Source of the DNA: an uncultured Bacteroidota bacterium
GTDB taxonomy: Bacteria > Bacteroidota > Bacteroidia > Flavobacteriales > Flavobacteriaceae
Direction: 5' to 3'
DNA length: 64,000 nt
Assembly (NCBI GenBank): GCA_902618245.1
Contig: CACMZR010000001.1
Coordinates: 213,507 to 277,506, forward strand
A model generated the notes under the pieces. It saw only the letters and a program-made list of their open reading frames with translations. It had not been told where the DNA came from and did not search any database. The position numbers and the translations under genes were made by a program. Shown here in pieces: positions 28,313-36,319 of the stretch; the stretch's first letter is position 1, and each line of letters opens with the position of its first letter.

Positions 28313-30046
28313 ATGAAAAATTTGAAAAATCTATTTTTTGCTTCACTAGCCATTGTAACTCTTACAGTTGCTTGTGATGAAGAATTTTTAACAAAAGAAC
28401 CCCAGGCTTCACTTTCTGGACCAGCATTAGCTAATGCAGATGGTGTTGAAGGGAAACTTGTCGCTGCTTACCGTACCCTTGCAGGTTACGGAATGAGTGG
28501 AGGAGGAACATGGTATTATTCTACCTGGTCCTGGATTTTTGGTGCAATATCTTCTGATAATGCATTAAAAGGAACTGATGCTGGTGACCAGCCAGAGCAC
28601 TCATTTATTGAGTCATATGACTTTAACACTTTTAATGTTCACAACCGCGATAAGTGGAGATCTGGATACTGGGGTGTTGCTAGAGCTAATGACGTTATAA
28701 ATAGTGTAGCAGAAGCTGAAGACATAAGTGCGGCTAGAGCTGCAGAGATTGTCGGTGAAGCTAAATTCATTAGAGGGTGGCAACACTTTGAAATGCAGAA
28801 AATGTATAGAACTCCTAAGTATGTTAGTGAAGCTAACTTTACTTTAGATGATCTAGAAGCTTCAAAAGTTCCTAATACAGGAAAGATTTGGGCTAACATT
28901 ATCCAAGACTTTGCGGATGCTGCAACTGCTCTTCCAGCTACTCAATCAGAGGCAGGTAGAGCTACTAAATGGGCTGCATTAGCTTATCAAGCTAAAGCAT
29001 TAGTCTATAGTGGTGACTATACTTCTGCACTTCCAATTTTGGAGAATATTGTTAACAACGGACCATTTACACTTGTCGACAAATTTGAAGACAACTATTT
29101 GGTAGCTACTAGAAACAATTCAGAATCTATTTTTGAAATTCAGTATGCTGTTAGTAGTGCTGACACAAATGCATCTAATGCTGAAATTGGTCTTGCACAT
29201 CCATATATTGCTCCATGGGGATGCTGTGGTTTCTTACAAGCACCTCAGGACTTAGTTGACTTTTTCCAAACCGACGCTAATGGACTACCATTATTAGACG
29301 AATCTTGGAAAACTAATCATATCACTAATCCTACAGGAGCTAATATAGGAGAGCCTATTGGTGACCCTAGAGTTGATCCAAGACTTGACCACACTGTTGG
29401 TCGTCCAGGACAACTGTTCAAGAATCACCACATCATGCAAGTTGACTACATTCGTGATTTAACTTATGCAGGTCCATATTTTTCTAAAAAGCACATTGCT
29501 GAGCCAGAAGGATTTGGTATTGGTGGATGGGGTAACCTTTCTGCAAACAACTTTAGAATTATGCGTTTAGGACACGTTAAGCTTTGGTTAGCTGAAGCTT
29601 ATGTTGAAGCTGGACGTCTAGAAGACGCTCGTGCCCAAATAAATGACCTAAGAAGACGTGCTGCTAACCCAGACGGCTTTAATAAAGGTGCAATTCAGGG
29701 TGCAACGCGTGCAGATTACACTTTAACAGGAGCACCTGGTGCTAACTATGTTATTGGTGAGTATACTGCACCTTGGACAGATCAAGCTATTGCGAGAAGA
29801 GCCGTGCGTTATGAGTCTAGACTTGAAACTGCAATGGAAGGAAATCGTTTCTTTGATTTGCAAAGATGGGGTGTTCAATCTCAAGTTCTTAACGAATATC
29901 TATCTAGAGAATCACGTTACAGAATTTACCTTCAAGGTAAGTCCTTTACATCACCAAAAAATGAATTCTATCCAATTCCAACTTATGCAATTGATAGATC
30001 ATTCTCAGAAGGTGAGCCGACTTTAACACAAGATCCTAACTACTAG
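28313..30046 (+). CDS. SusD/RagB-family outer-membrane lipoprotein
   Basis: 577 aa. The lipobox is TVAC followed by DEEFLTKEPQ, and the C-terminal signature is GNRFFDLQRWG. Confidence 0.93.
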   Translation: MKNLKNLFFASLAIVTLTVACDEEFLTKEPQASLSGPALANADGVEGKLVAAYRTLAGYGMSGGGTWYYSTWSWIFGAISSDNALKGTDAGDQPEHSFIESYDFNTFNVHNRDKWRSGYWGVARANDVINSVAEAEDISAARAAEIVGEAKFIRGWQHFEMQKMYRTPKYVSEANFTLDDLEASKVPNTGKIWANIIQDFADAATALPATQSEAGRATKWAALAYQAKALVYSGDYTSALPILENIVNNGPFTLVDKFEDNYLVATRNNSESIFEIQYAVSSADTNASNAEIGLAHPYIAPWGCCGFLQAPQDLVDFFQTDANGLPLLDESWKTNHITNPTGANIGEPIGDPRVDPRLDHTVGRPGQLFKNHHIMQVDYIRDLTYAGPYFSKKHIAEPEGFGIGGWGNLSANNFRIMRLGHVKLWLAEAYVEAGRLEDARAQINDLRRRAANPDGFNKGAIQGATRADYTLTGAPGANYVIGEYTAPWTDQAIARRAVRYESRLETAMEGNRFFDLQRWGVQSQVLNEYLSRESRYRIYLQGKSFTSPKNEFYPIPTYAIDRSFSEGEPTLTQDPNY

Positions 30047-30070
30047 TAGTTAAATCTTTGAAAGTTCAAA

Positions 30071-30104
30071 ACCGTGGAGTATATTTGCTCCGCGGTTTTT
30101 TTTT
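30071..30104 (+). terminator. Rho-independent terminator between susD and the downstream lipoprotein gene
   Basis: ACCGTGGAG (30071-30079), an 8-nt loop, then CTCCGCGGT (30088-30096). This forms a 9-bp stem with one G:U pair. A 9-T tract follows, and the next ATG is at 30110. Confidence 0.75.
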
Positions 30105-30109
30105 GATAT

Positions 30110-33100
30110 ATGATGAAAGGGAAATATTTATTAATCACACTAATTTTTTTAATCCAGTCCTGTTCAAAACAAAATAAGTTATTTGTTTTATTGAAATCAG
30201 AAAAAACAGGTATTGAATTCAACAATAAAATAACTGAAACAGATGATTTTAATATACTTACGGATGAGTATATTTTTAATGGAGGAGGAGTTGCACTAGC
30301 TGACTTTAATAGGGACGGTCTACCAGATTTATTTTTTACCGGTAATATGGTATCAAATGAGCTTTATTTGAATAAAGGTCATTTAAAGTTTGAGAATGTG
30401 ACTAATAGTGCAAAATTAAATTCAACTGGATTTTGGTCAACAGGAGCAGCAGTTGTAGATATAAATTCAGATGGTTGGATGGATATTTACGTTTCCGGAG
30501 CCATGAATACAAATAATAGAAAAAATAGACTTTATGTAAATCAGGGACTAAATAAAGAAAACATCCCTGTTTTCGAAGAACAAGCTGAGAAATTTGGAAT
30601 TGATGATAATGGTAATACCATGGGAGCATGTTTCATTGATTATGATAAAGATGGCGATTTAGATTTATATGTTCTAAACAATGAACAAAACGAGACTATC
30701 CCAACTAACTACAGAAAAAAAATAATTGATGGATCAGCACCTAGTAATGACAAATTTTATAAGAATAACGGAGATGGGACTTTTAGTGATATAACTCTTG
30801 ACGCAGGGATATTATTTGAAGGCTTTGGTTTAAGTGTTACGCCAGTTGACATAAATAAAGACCAATGGATCGATCTATATATAACTAATGATTATCTAAC
30901 TAATGATCTTTTGTATGTAAATCAAAAAAATGGAACATTTAAAAATGAAATCCAAAACTACCTGTCTCATCAAAGTAAATTTTCTATGGGCTCAGATGCC
31001 TCAGATTTTAATAATGACGGCTATACTGATTTAATTTCCCTCGATATGCTAGGCGAAAGCCATGAGCGCAGAAAAACGACCATATCTAAAAGTTTTTTTT
31101 TCCAAAACGTATTGAACAAAAAATGGGACTATCAAGACCAGCATATGCGAAATATGCTTTTTAAAAATAATGGACCAAATCTTCCATTTTCAGAAATAGG
31201 ACAATTTTCAGGGGTTTACCAAACAGATTGGAGTTGGTCACCACTTTTTGCTGACTTTGACTATGATGGAAATAGAGATTTGTTTATAACTAATGGATTC
31301 CCAAGAGATATAACTGATATGGACTTTGCAAATTACAGGCTTAGCTATGGTGCTTACACTCCGGTATCAACTCTTTTGGATTCAATACCTATTGTTAAAA
31401 TACCTAATTATGCATACAAGAATAATGGTAACCTGACCTTTGAAGATGTAAGTAAAAAGTGGGGCTTAGGTATTTCCTCGTTTTCTAACGGAGCTGTTTT
31501 TAGTGATCTTGATTTAGATGGAGATATAGACTACGTTGTAAATAATATAAATGATAAAGCATTTATTTTTGAAAATATTTTATCCCAACAAGAAAATCCT
31601 CCAAACTATTTACAAATTGAGCTTGAAGGAGATAAATTAAATCCAGATGCTCTAGGAGCAAAAGTTGTTTTGCGCCTCTCGGATAATTCAATTCAATTTC
31701 AAGAGCAACAAATATCACGAGGTTATATGTCTTCTGCCGATCCTGTAATGTATTTTGGACTTGGAAAACTTAAAGATGTAGTATCTGTAGAAATTTTGTG
31801 GCCAAACGGACTTTTATCGAAAATAGATAACCCTGATATTAATAAAAGACTAACATTAAGTCAAAGTGAAGCGTTAGCTGTTAATTCTCTTATTTTTCCT
31901 TTTGTGAAAGAACAAAAACTTCTTCCTTATAAAGAGGTTTCTAGTAAATACAACATAAATTATTTTCATAACGAAAAAAACGTTCAAGACTTTTTTAAAC
32001 AGCGTTTATTACCACACAAATTGTCCCAAAATGGCCCGTGCATTGCAGTAGGTGATATTAATAGTGACGGCAATGAAGATTTTATAGTAGGTAGTTCATC
32101 ATCATTTTCACCTAGGGTTTTTATACAAAGTGGCGACAGTAAATTCGCTTCGAGGGATTTATTTCAAAAAGAGCAAGAAAAAAAATATGAAGTTGAAAGT
32201 ATGACTCTTTTTGATGCAGACCAAGATGGAGATCTTGACCTTTATCTTGTTTCCGGTGGTAACGAATATGATATTGGCTCTGAGTGGTACCAAGATAGAT
32301 TGTTAATTAACGATGGCCTTGGAAATTTTAAAAATCAACAAAACAGACTTCCTAAGATGCACGTTAATGGTTGCATTGTTAGACCAGCTGATTTTGATAA
32401 TGATGGAGATTTGGATTTGTTTGTTGGTGGACACAACAAACCTGGAGCTTATCCACTAGCTGAAAATAATTTTCTATTAAGAAATAATAACGGTTTTTTT
32501 GAAGATGTTACGGATATCACTATTCCTTCATTAGATTCGTTTGGTATTCTAACAGATGCTTTATGGACTGATATAAATGGCGATAAGCGAAATGACATAA
32601 TTCTTGTAGGTGAATATAGCCCTGTTACAATATTGTTAAATAATGAAAAAGGTTTTAAAAAATTGGAATCAGAAACTCTAGAGGATACTCAGGGTCTTTG
32701 GAGGGCGATTGAGCAGGTTGACATTGACCAAGACGGAGATTTAGATTATATTTTAGGAAATTTAGGAAAAAATAATATGCTGTCTCTATCTCCAGAAACC
32801 CCAATGTATATATCAACTAAGGATGTAGATAAAAACGGTAGTGTTGATCCCTTAATTTTTAATTCCCAACAAAACAGCAAGGGCGAATTAGATATTTATC
32901 CAATTCAATTTTGGGATAATCTAACCCAACAAAGTCCAATATTTAGGCAAGAATTCAATTCTTATCATTCATTTTCAAAAGCTAACTTTGAATATTACAA
33001 AGAAAAAGGATTCATAGATAATGACAGTATTTTGATAGCTAAACACAGTGAATCCAAATGGATTGAAAACTTGGGTGAAGGTAATTATCAACTTAATTCA

Positions 33101-33409
33101 TTACCAGATTTACTCCAGTTAGGCCCCATTAATGATTTTCTTATTTTTGGCGCTGGTAATAAACGTAAAGTATTTGTCGTAGGGAATGATTTTGGGGGTG
33201 CGCCATTTGAAGGGAATACGGACGCATTACAAGGGACCATTTTATATTTAGATGAAAATGAAGATGAGAAAGTTGTAAGCGCGCAAGATTCAGGTTTTAA
33301 TGTTTTTGGTGATGCTAGAGAGATTAAAAGTGTAAGGCTTAAGAATGGTAAAATTTTGATTTTGGTAGCTCAAAATCAAAACAAACTGCTAGCATTTGAA
33401 GAGTTTTAG
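30110..33409 (+). CDS. Lipoprotein with two FG-GAP/VCBS repeat blocks flanking an UnbV/ASPIC domain (CRTAC1-like family)
   Basis: 1099 aa with lipobox LIQSC. Calcium-type repeats are DINSDGWMDIYV, DYDKDGDLDLYV, DFNNDGYTDLISL, DFDYDGNRDLFITNG and DLDLDGDIDYVVNN. The UnbV-like core is ALGAKVVLRL followed by SRGYMSSADPVMYFGLG. A second block has DINSDGNEDFIVG, DADQDGDLDLYLVSGG, DFDNDGDLDLFVGG and DIDQDGDLDYILGN. Confidence 0.8.
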   Translation: MMKGKYLLITLIFLIQSCSKQNKLFVLLKSEKTGIEFNNKITETDDFNILTDEYIFNGGGVALADFNRDGLPDLFFTGNMVSNELYLNKGHLKFENVTNSAKLNSTGFWSTGAAVVDINSDGWMDIYVSGAMNTNNRKNRLYVNQGLNKENIPVFEEQAEKFGIDDNGNTMGACFIDYDKDGDLDLYVLNNEQNETIPTNYRKKIIDGSAPSNDKFYKNNGDGTFSDITLDAGILFEGFGLSVTPVDINKDQWIDLYITNDYLTNDLLYVNQKNGTFKNEIQNYLSHQSKFSMGSDASDFNNDGYTDLISLDMLGESHERRKTTISKSFFFQNVLNKKWDYQDQHMRNMLFKNNGPNLPFSEIGQFSGVYQTDWSWSPLFADFDYDGNRDLFITNGFPRDITDMDFANYRLSYGAYTPVSTLLDSIPIVKIPNYAYKNNGNLTFEDVSKKWGLGISSFSNGAVFSDLDLDGDIDYVVNNINDKAFIFENILSQQENPPNYLQIELEGDKLNPDALGAKVVLRLSDNSIQFQEQQISRGYMSSADPVMYFGLGKLKDVVSVEILWPNGLLSKIDNPDINKRLTLSQSEALAVNSLIFPFVKEQKLLPYKEVSSKYNINYFHNEKNVQDFFKQRLLPHKLSQNGPCIAVGDINSDGNEDFIVGSSSSFSPRVFIQSGDSKFASRDLFQKEQEKKYEVESMTLFDADQDGDLDLYLVSGGNEYDIGSEWYQDRLLINDGLGNFKNQQNRLPKMHVNGCIVRPADFDNDGDLDLFVGGHNKPGAYPLAENNFLLRNNNGFFEDVTDITIPSLDSFGILTDALWTDINGDKRNDIILVGEYSPVTILLNNEKGFKKLESETLEDTQGLWRAIEQVDIDQDGDLDYILGNLGKNNMLSLSPETPMYISTKDVDKNGSVDPLIFNSQQNSKGELDIYPIQFWDNLTQQSPIFRQEFNSYHSFSKANFEYYKEKGFIDNDSILIAKHSESKWIENLGEGNYQLNSLPDLLQLGPINDFLIFGAGNKRKVFVVGNDFGGAPFEGNTDALQGTILYLDENEDEKVVSAQDSGFNVFGDAREIKSVRLKNGKILILVAQNQNKLLAFEEF

Positions 33410-33510
33410 TTTTTAGGGCCTAAAAAATATCATTTCATTATTACATATTCAATTTATTTGACTTAAATGTCCTATTTTTAACTTGCTAAAATGTGTTGAA
33501 AACTGAATTT

Positions 33511-33518
33511 TACTTTTG
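33511..33518 (+). promoter_or_regulatory. Candidate internal -7 box (TACTTTTG) upstream of the PAP2/haloperoxidase-like gene
   Basis: This is an exact TAnnTTTG match 30 nt upstream of the ATG at 33549. The ORF-track TTG start at 33516 lies inside it. Confidence 0.3.
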
Positions 33519-33548
33519 ATCGTTTTCATTGGTTGTTTTAAATTCAGT

Positions 33549-34940
33549 ATGAATAAATGTATGAGGAATCTTAGAGCTTTAATATTTTCAGTCTTATTTG
33601 TCCAATTATCATGTAATCAACATGAAAGTAGGGAATATATTCAAAAATTAGATAATCCTGAATTATTCCAATCTGTAATGCAAAACCTTACGGACATTGT
33701 AGTTTACGACATCTTTTCACCACCTGTTGCTTCAAGAGTCTACTTATATCCAACAATAGCTGCATATGAGATAATCGCTGCGCATCAGCCTGAAAGCTTC
33801 AACAGTCTTGCAGGCCAGGTCAAAGATTTGAATGAAATTCCAAAATCAGATAATAAGGCTATAATTCCAAACCTTGCTGCTCTATTTTCTTTTAATAGTG
33901 TTGGCAAAAAACTTATTTTTTCACAAGATAAAATGGAATCCTTTGAAAATGAATTTTATCAAAAATTAATTGACTATAATGTTCCAAAAAAAGTAATAAA
34001 AGCTTCTAAAAATTATGGAGAAGAAGTAGCAGAATTTATTCTAGAATGGGCTTCTAAAGATATGTATAGCCAAACCCGTACATTTCCAAAATATGCTATC
34101 AAAGAAGAAGATAAGTATTGGAAGCCAACTCCACCTGATTATATGGATGGAATTGAACCTCATTGGCAAGAAATTAGAACTATGGTTTTAGATTCGTCAA
34201 ACCAATTTCCCCCAAAAGACCCTTTACCATTTGATTTAGAAAAAGATAGTCCTTTCCATAAACAGTTGATGGAGGTTTTTAACGTTATAAATCGACTTAC
34301 TGATGAACAAGTAGAAATAGCAAAATTTTGGGATTGCAATCCATATGTAACACATCACAAAGGACATTCTATGTTTGCTACAAAAAAGATTACACCAGGA
34401 GGTCATTGGATTGGAATAACTTCTATAGCCACTAGAAAAGCAAAAAGTTCTTTTGCAGATACAATAAATGCATATGCTAATGTTTCTATTGCTTTGTTTG
34501 ACGCATTTATAAGCTGTTGGGATGAAAAATGGAGAACTTTGGTAGTTCGGCCAGAGACATTAATTAATGAACATTACGATGAGGAATGGCTACCATTATT
34601 ACAAACCCCTCCATTCCCAGAATATACAAGTGGACACTCCGTAATTTCAAGAGCTGCTGCAGTAACCTTAACAAAAATTTACGGAGATAATTTCAGTTTT
34701 GTAGATACTACAGAAATAGCTTATGGTCTTCCTGAAAGAAGCTATACGTCTTTTATACATGCTTCTGAAGAGGCAGCGATATCAAGACTGTACGGAGGTA
34801 TACATTACATGATGGCAATTACTGAGGGTGTTTCTCAGGGCCAAAAAGTAGGTTCATATATTGCTAGCAGATTAAAAACAAAAAAAACTTCTGACAGGTT
34901 ATTAACTCTAAATACAACAACTGGTGAAAAAAAGCCTTAG
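33549..34940 (+). CDS. PAP2-superfamily lipoprotein resembling vanadium-dependent haloperoxidase / acid phosphatase
   Basis: The signal and lipobox are MNKCMRNLRALIFSVLFVQLSC. All three PAP2/vanadate-site motifs are present: KWRTLVVRP (Kx6RP), YTSGHS (SGH) and SRLYGGIHY (SRx5H). I moved the start to an ATG. Confidence 0.7.
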   Translation: MNKCMRNLRALIFSVLFVQLSCNQHESREYIQKLDNPELFQSVMQNLTDIVVYDIFSPPVASRVYLYPTIAAYEIIAAHQPESFNSLAGQVKDLNEIPKSDNKAIIPNLAALFSFNSVGKKLIFSQDKMESFENEFYQKLIDYNVPKKVIKASKNYGEEVAEFILEWASKDMYSQTRTFPKYAIKEEDKYWKPTPPDYMDGIEPHWQEIRTMVLDSSNQFPPKDPLPFDLEKDSPFHKQLMEVFNVINRLTDEQVEIAKFWDCNPYVTHHKGHSMFATKKITPGGHWIGITSIATRKAKSSFADTINAYANVSIALFDAFISCWDEKWRTLVVRPETLINEHYDEEWLPLLQTPPFPEYTSGHSVISRAAAVTLTKIYGDNFSFVDTTEIAYGLPERSYTSFIHASEEAAISRLYGGIHYMMAITEGVSQGQKVGSYIASRLKTKKTSDRLLTLNTTTGEKKP

Positions 34941-36288
34941 TTTTTGGCAGATAATCACCATGAACTTTGGTTTTTTCGGGGTGCAATTTAGCTTTGGTTT
35001 GCAGCAAAGCAATATGAGTGCAATTTATAGGTATCTAGGTGCCGAAGAATCTGAGTTACCTGTTTTATGGCTAGCAGGTCCAGTTACCGGTCTTATTGTT
35101 CAGCCAATAATTGGAGCAATTAGTGATGGAACCTGGTCACCGAGATTTGGCAGAAGAAAGCCTTTCTTTCTAATTGGAGCAATAATTGCAAGTTTAACTT
35201 TAATTGCTATGCCTTACTCTAGTTCAATTTGGATGGCTGCCGGCCTTTTATGGATTTTAGATGCTGCAAATAATATTGCTTTGGAACCTTATAGGGCATT
35301 TATTTCTGATAAATTACCAAAAAAACAATTTTCATTTGGTTTTTTAGTACAAAGCTTTTTTACTGGTCTAGGAACTACATTAGCCAATTTCACACCTGCT
35401 ATCTTGGTTTCCTTTGGCATATTAGCGTTAACCGATAAAATGGAAAATGGGATTCCTGTTTCAACTTATTGGGCTTTTATGGTTGGTGCTGCGGCATCCA
35501 TTATAACTATTTTGATTACGGTCATTACTACCTCGGAATATCCACCTACGTTAGGAGAGTTAAAAGAAATTCAATCCTCCAAAACAAATAAAAATCTATT
35601 AATAAAAACTTTCCAAGATATTATTTTTGCATTCAGAGACATGCCTGCAACTATGAAACAATTAATACCAGTCATGTTTTTCCCTTGGTATGCAATGTTT
35701 TGCTATTGGCAATATTTAACTTCAGCTCTTTCACTCTCCTTATATGGTACTCTAGACGAAACAACATCATTTTTCAACAAGGCGCAACTTTTGACAGGAA
35801 ATCTAAATGGTACTTATAATATTATTTGTTTTTTAATTGCCTTTGCACTGATACCAATTGCAAAAAAAATTGGACCCAAAAGATTACACTTTTTTAGCTT
35901 AGCTATTGGAGGATTTGGTCTTTTATGCATGCCGTTACTAAATGATACAGACATTTTATTTGTTTTGCCCTTTGGAAGCGGTATTGAAATTTCTCAAATA
36001 TATCTTTTTTCCTTCTGTATGGGTATTACCTGGGCATCCATGATGGCTATGCCTTATCAAATGTTAGCATCAACTATTCCAATAAATAAAATGGGAATTT
36101 ATATGGGTATATTCAATATGTTTATCGTTATCCCAATGATTATTCAAATTTTTTCTGTTCAGTATATAATTTATGATCTTTTAGGACAAAATCCAATAAA
36201 TATTATACGCCTATCGGGTGCCTTTCTTATTACAGGAGGAATTTTTTCTTTATTTGTTAGCCAACCTGCAAAGGCAGATTCAATTTAA
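34924..36288 (+). CDS. MFS transporter of the SLC45 / glycoside-pentoside-hexuronide-like sugar:H+ symporter type
   Basis: 454 aa, about 12 TM helices. The N-terminal segments are LSFWQI, FGFFGVQFSFGLQQSNMS and RFGRRKPFFLIGA. The GTG start overlaps the upstream stop by 17 nt. Confidence 0.75.
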   Translation: MKKSLSFWQIITMNFGFFGVQFSFGLQQSNMSAIYRYLGAEESELPVLWLAGPVTGLIVQPIIGAISDGTWSPRFGRRKPFFLIGAIIASLTLIAMPYSSSIWMAAGLLWILDAANNIALEPYRAFISDKLPKKQFSFGFLVQSFFTGLGTTLANFTPAILVSFGILALTDKMENGIPVSTYWAFMVGAAASIITILITVITTSEYPPTLGELKEIQSSKTNKNLLIKTFQDIIFAFRDMPATMKQLIPVMFFPWYAMFCYWQYLTSALSLSLYGTLDETTSFFNKAQLLTGNLNGTYNIICFLIAFALIPIAKKIGPKRLHFFSLAIGGFGLLCMPLLNDTDILFVLPFGSGIEISQIYLFSFCMGITWASMMAMPYQMLASTIPINKMGIYMGIFNMFIVIPMIIQIFSVQYIIYDLLGQNPINIIRLSGAFLITGGIFSLFVSQPAKADSI

Positions 36289-36319
36289 TTGAGTAATTTC
36301 AGCATTGTAATATTAACTT

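Noticed and set aside
25099-30046. The susCD compositional island considered as a horizontally transferred mobile island.
   Set aside because: There are no flanking direct repeats, tRNA, integrase or transposase. The shift is towards codons typical of highly expressed genes, so translational selection is the simpler reading. It is kept as a finding only for the compositional step itself.
30043-30225. 60-aa minus-strand ORF spanning the susD terminator and the start of the FG-GAP gene.
   Set aside because: It covers a clear plus-strand terminator hairpin and the signal-peptide region of the next gene. It is almost certainly spurious.
33410-33427. Palindrome TTTTTAGGGCCTAAAAAA immediately after the FG-GAP gene stop, considered as a terminator.
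   Set aside because: As a hairpin it leaves an A/U-only stem of ~5-6 bp with a GGGCC loop and no proper downstream U-tract. It is too weak to call. It could be a protein site, but there is no supporting evidence.
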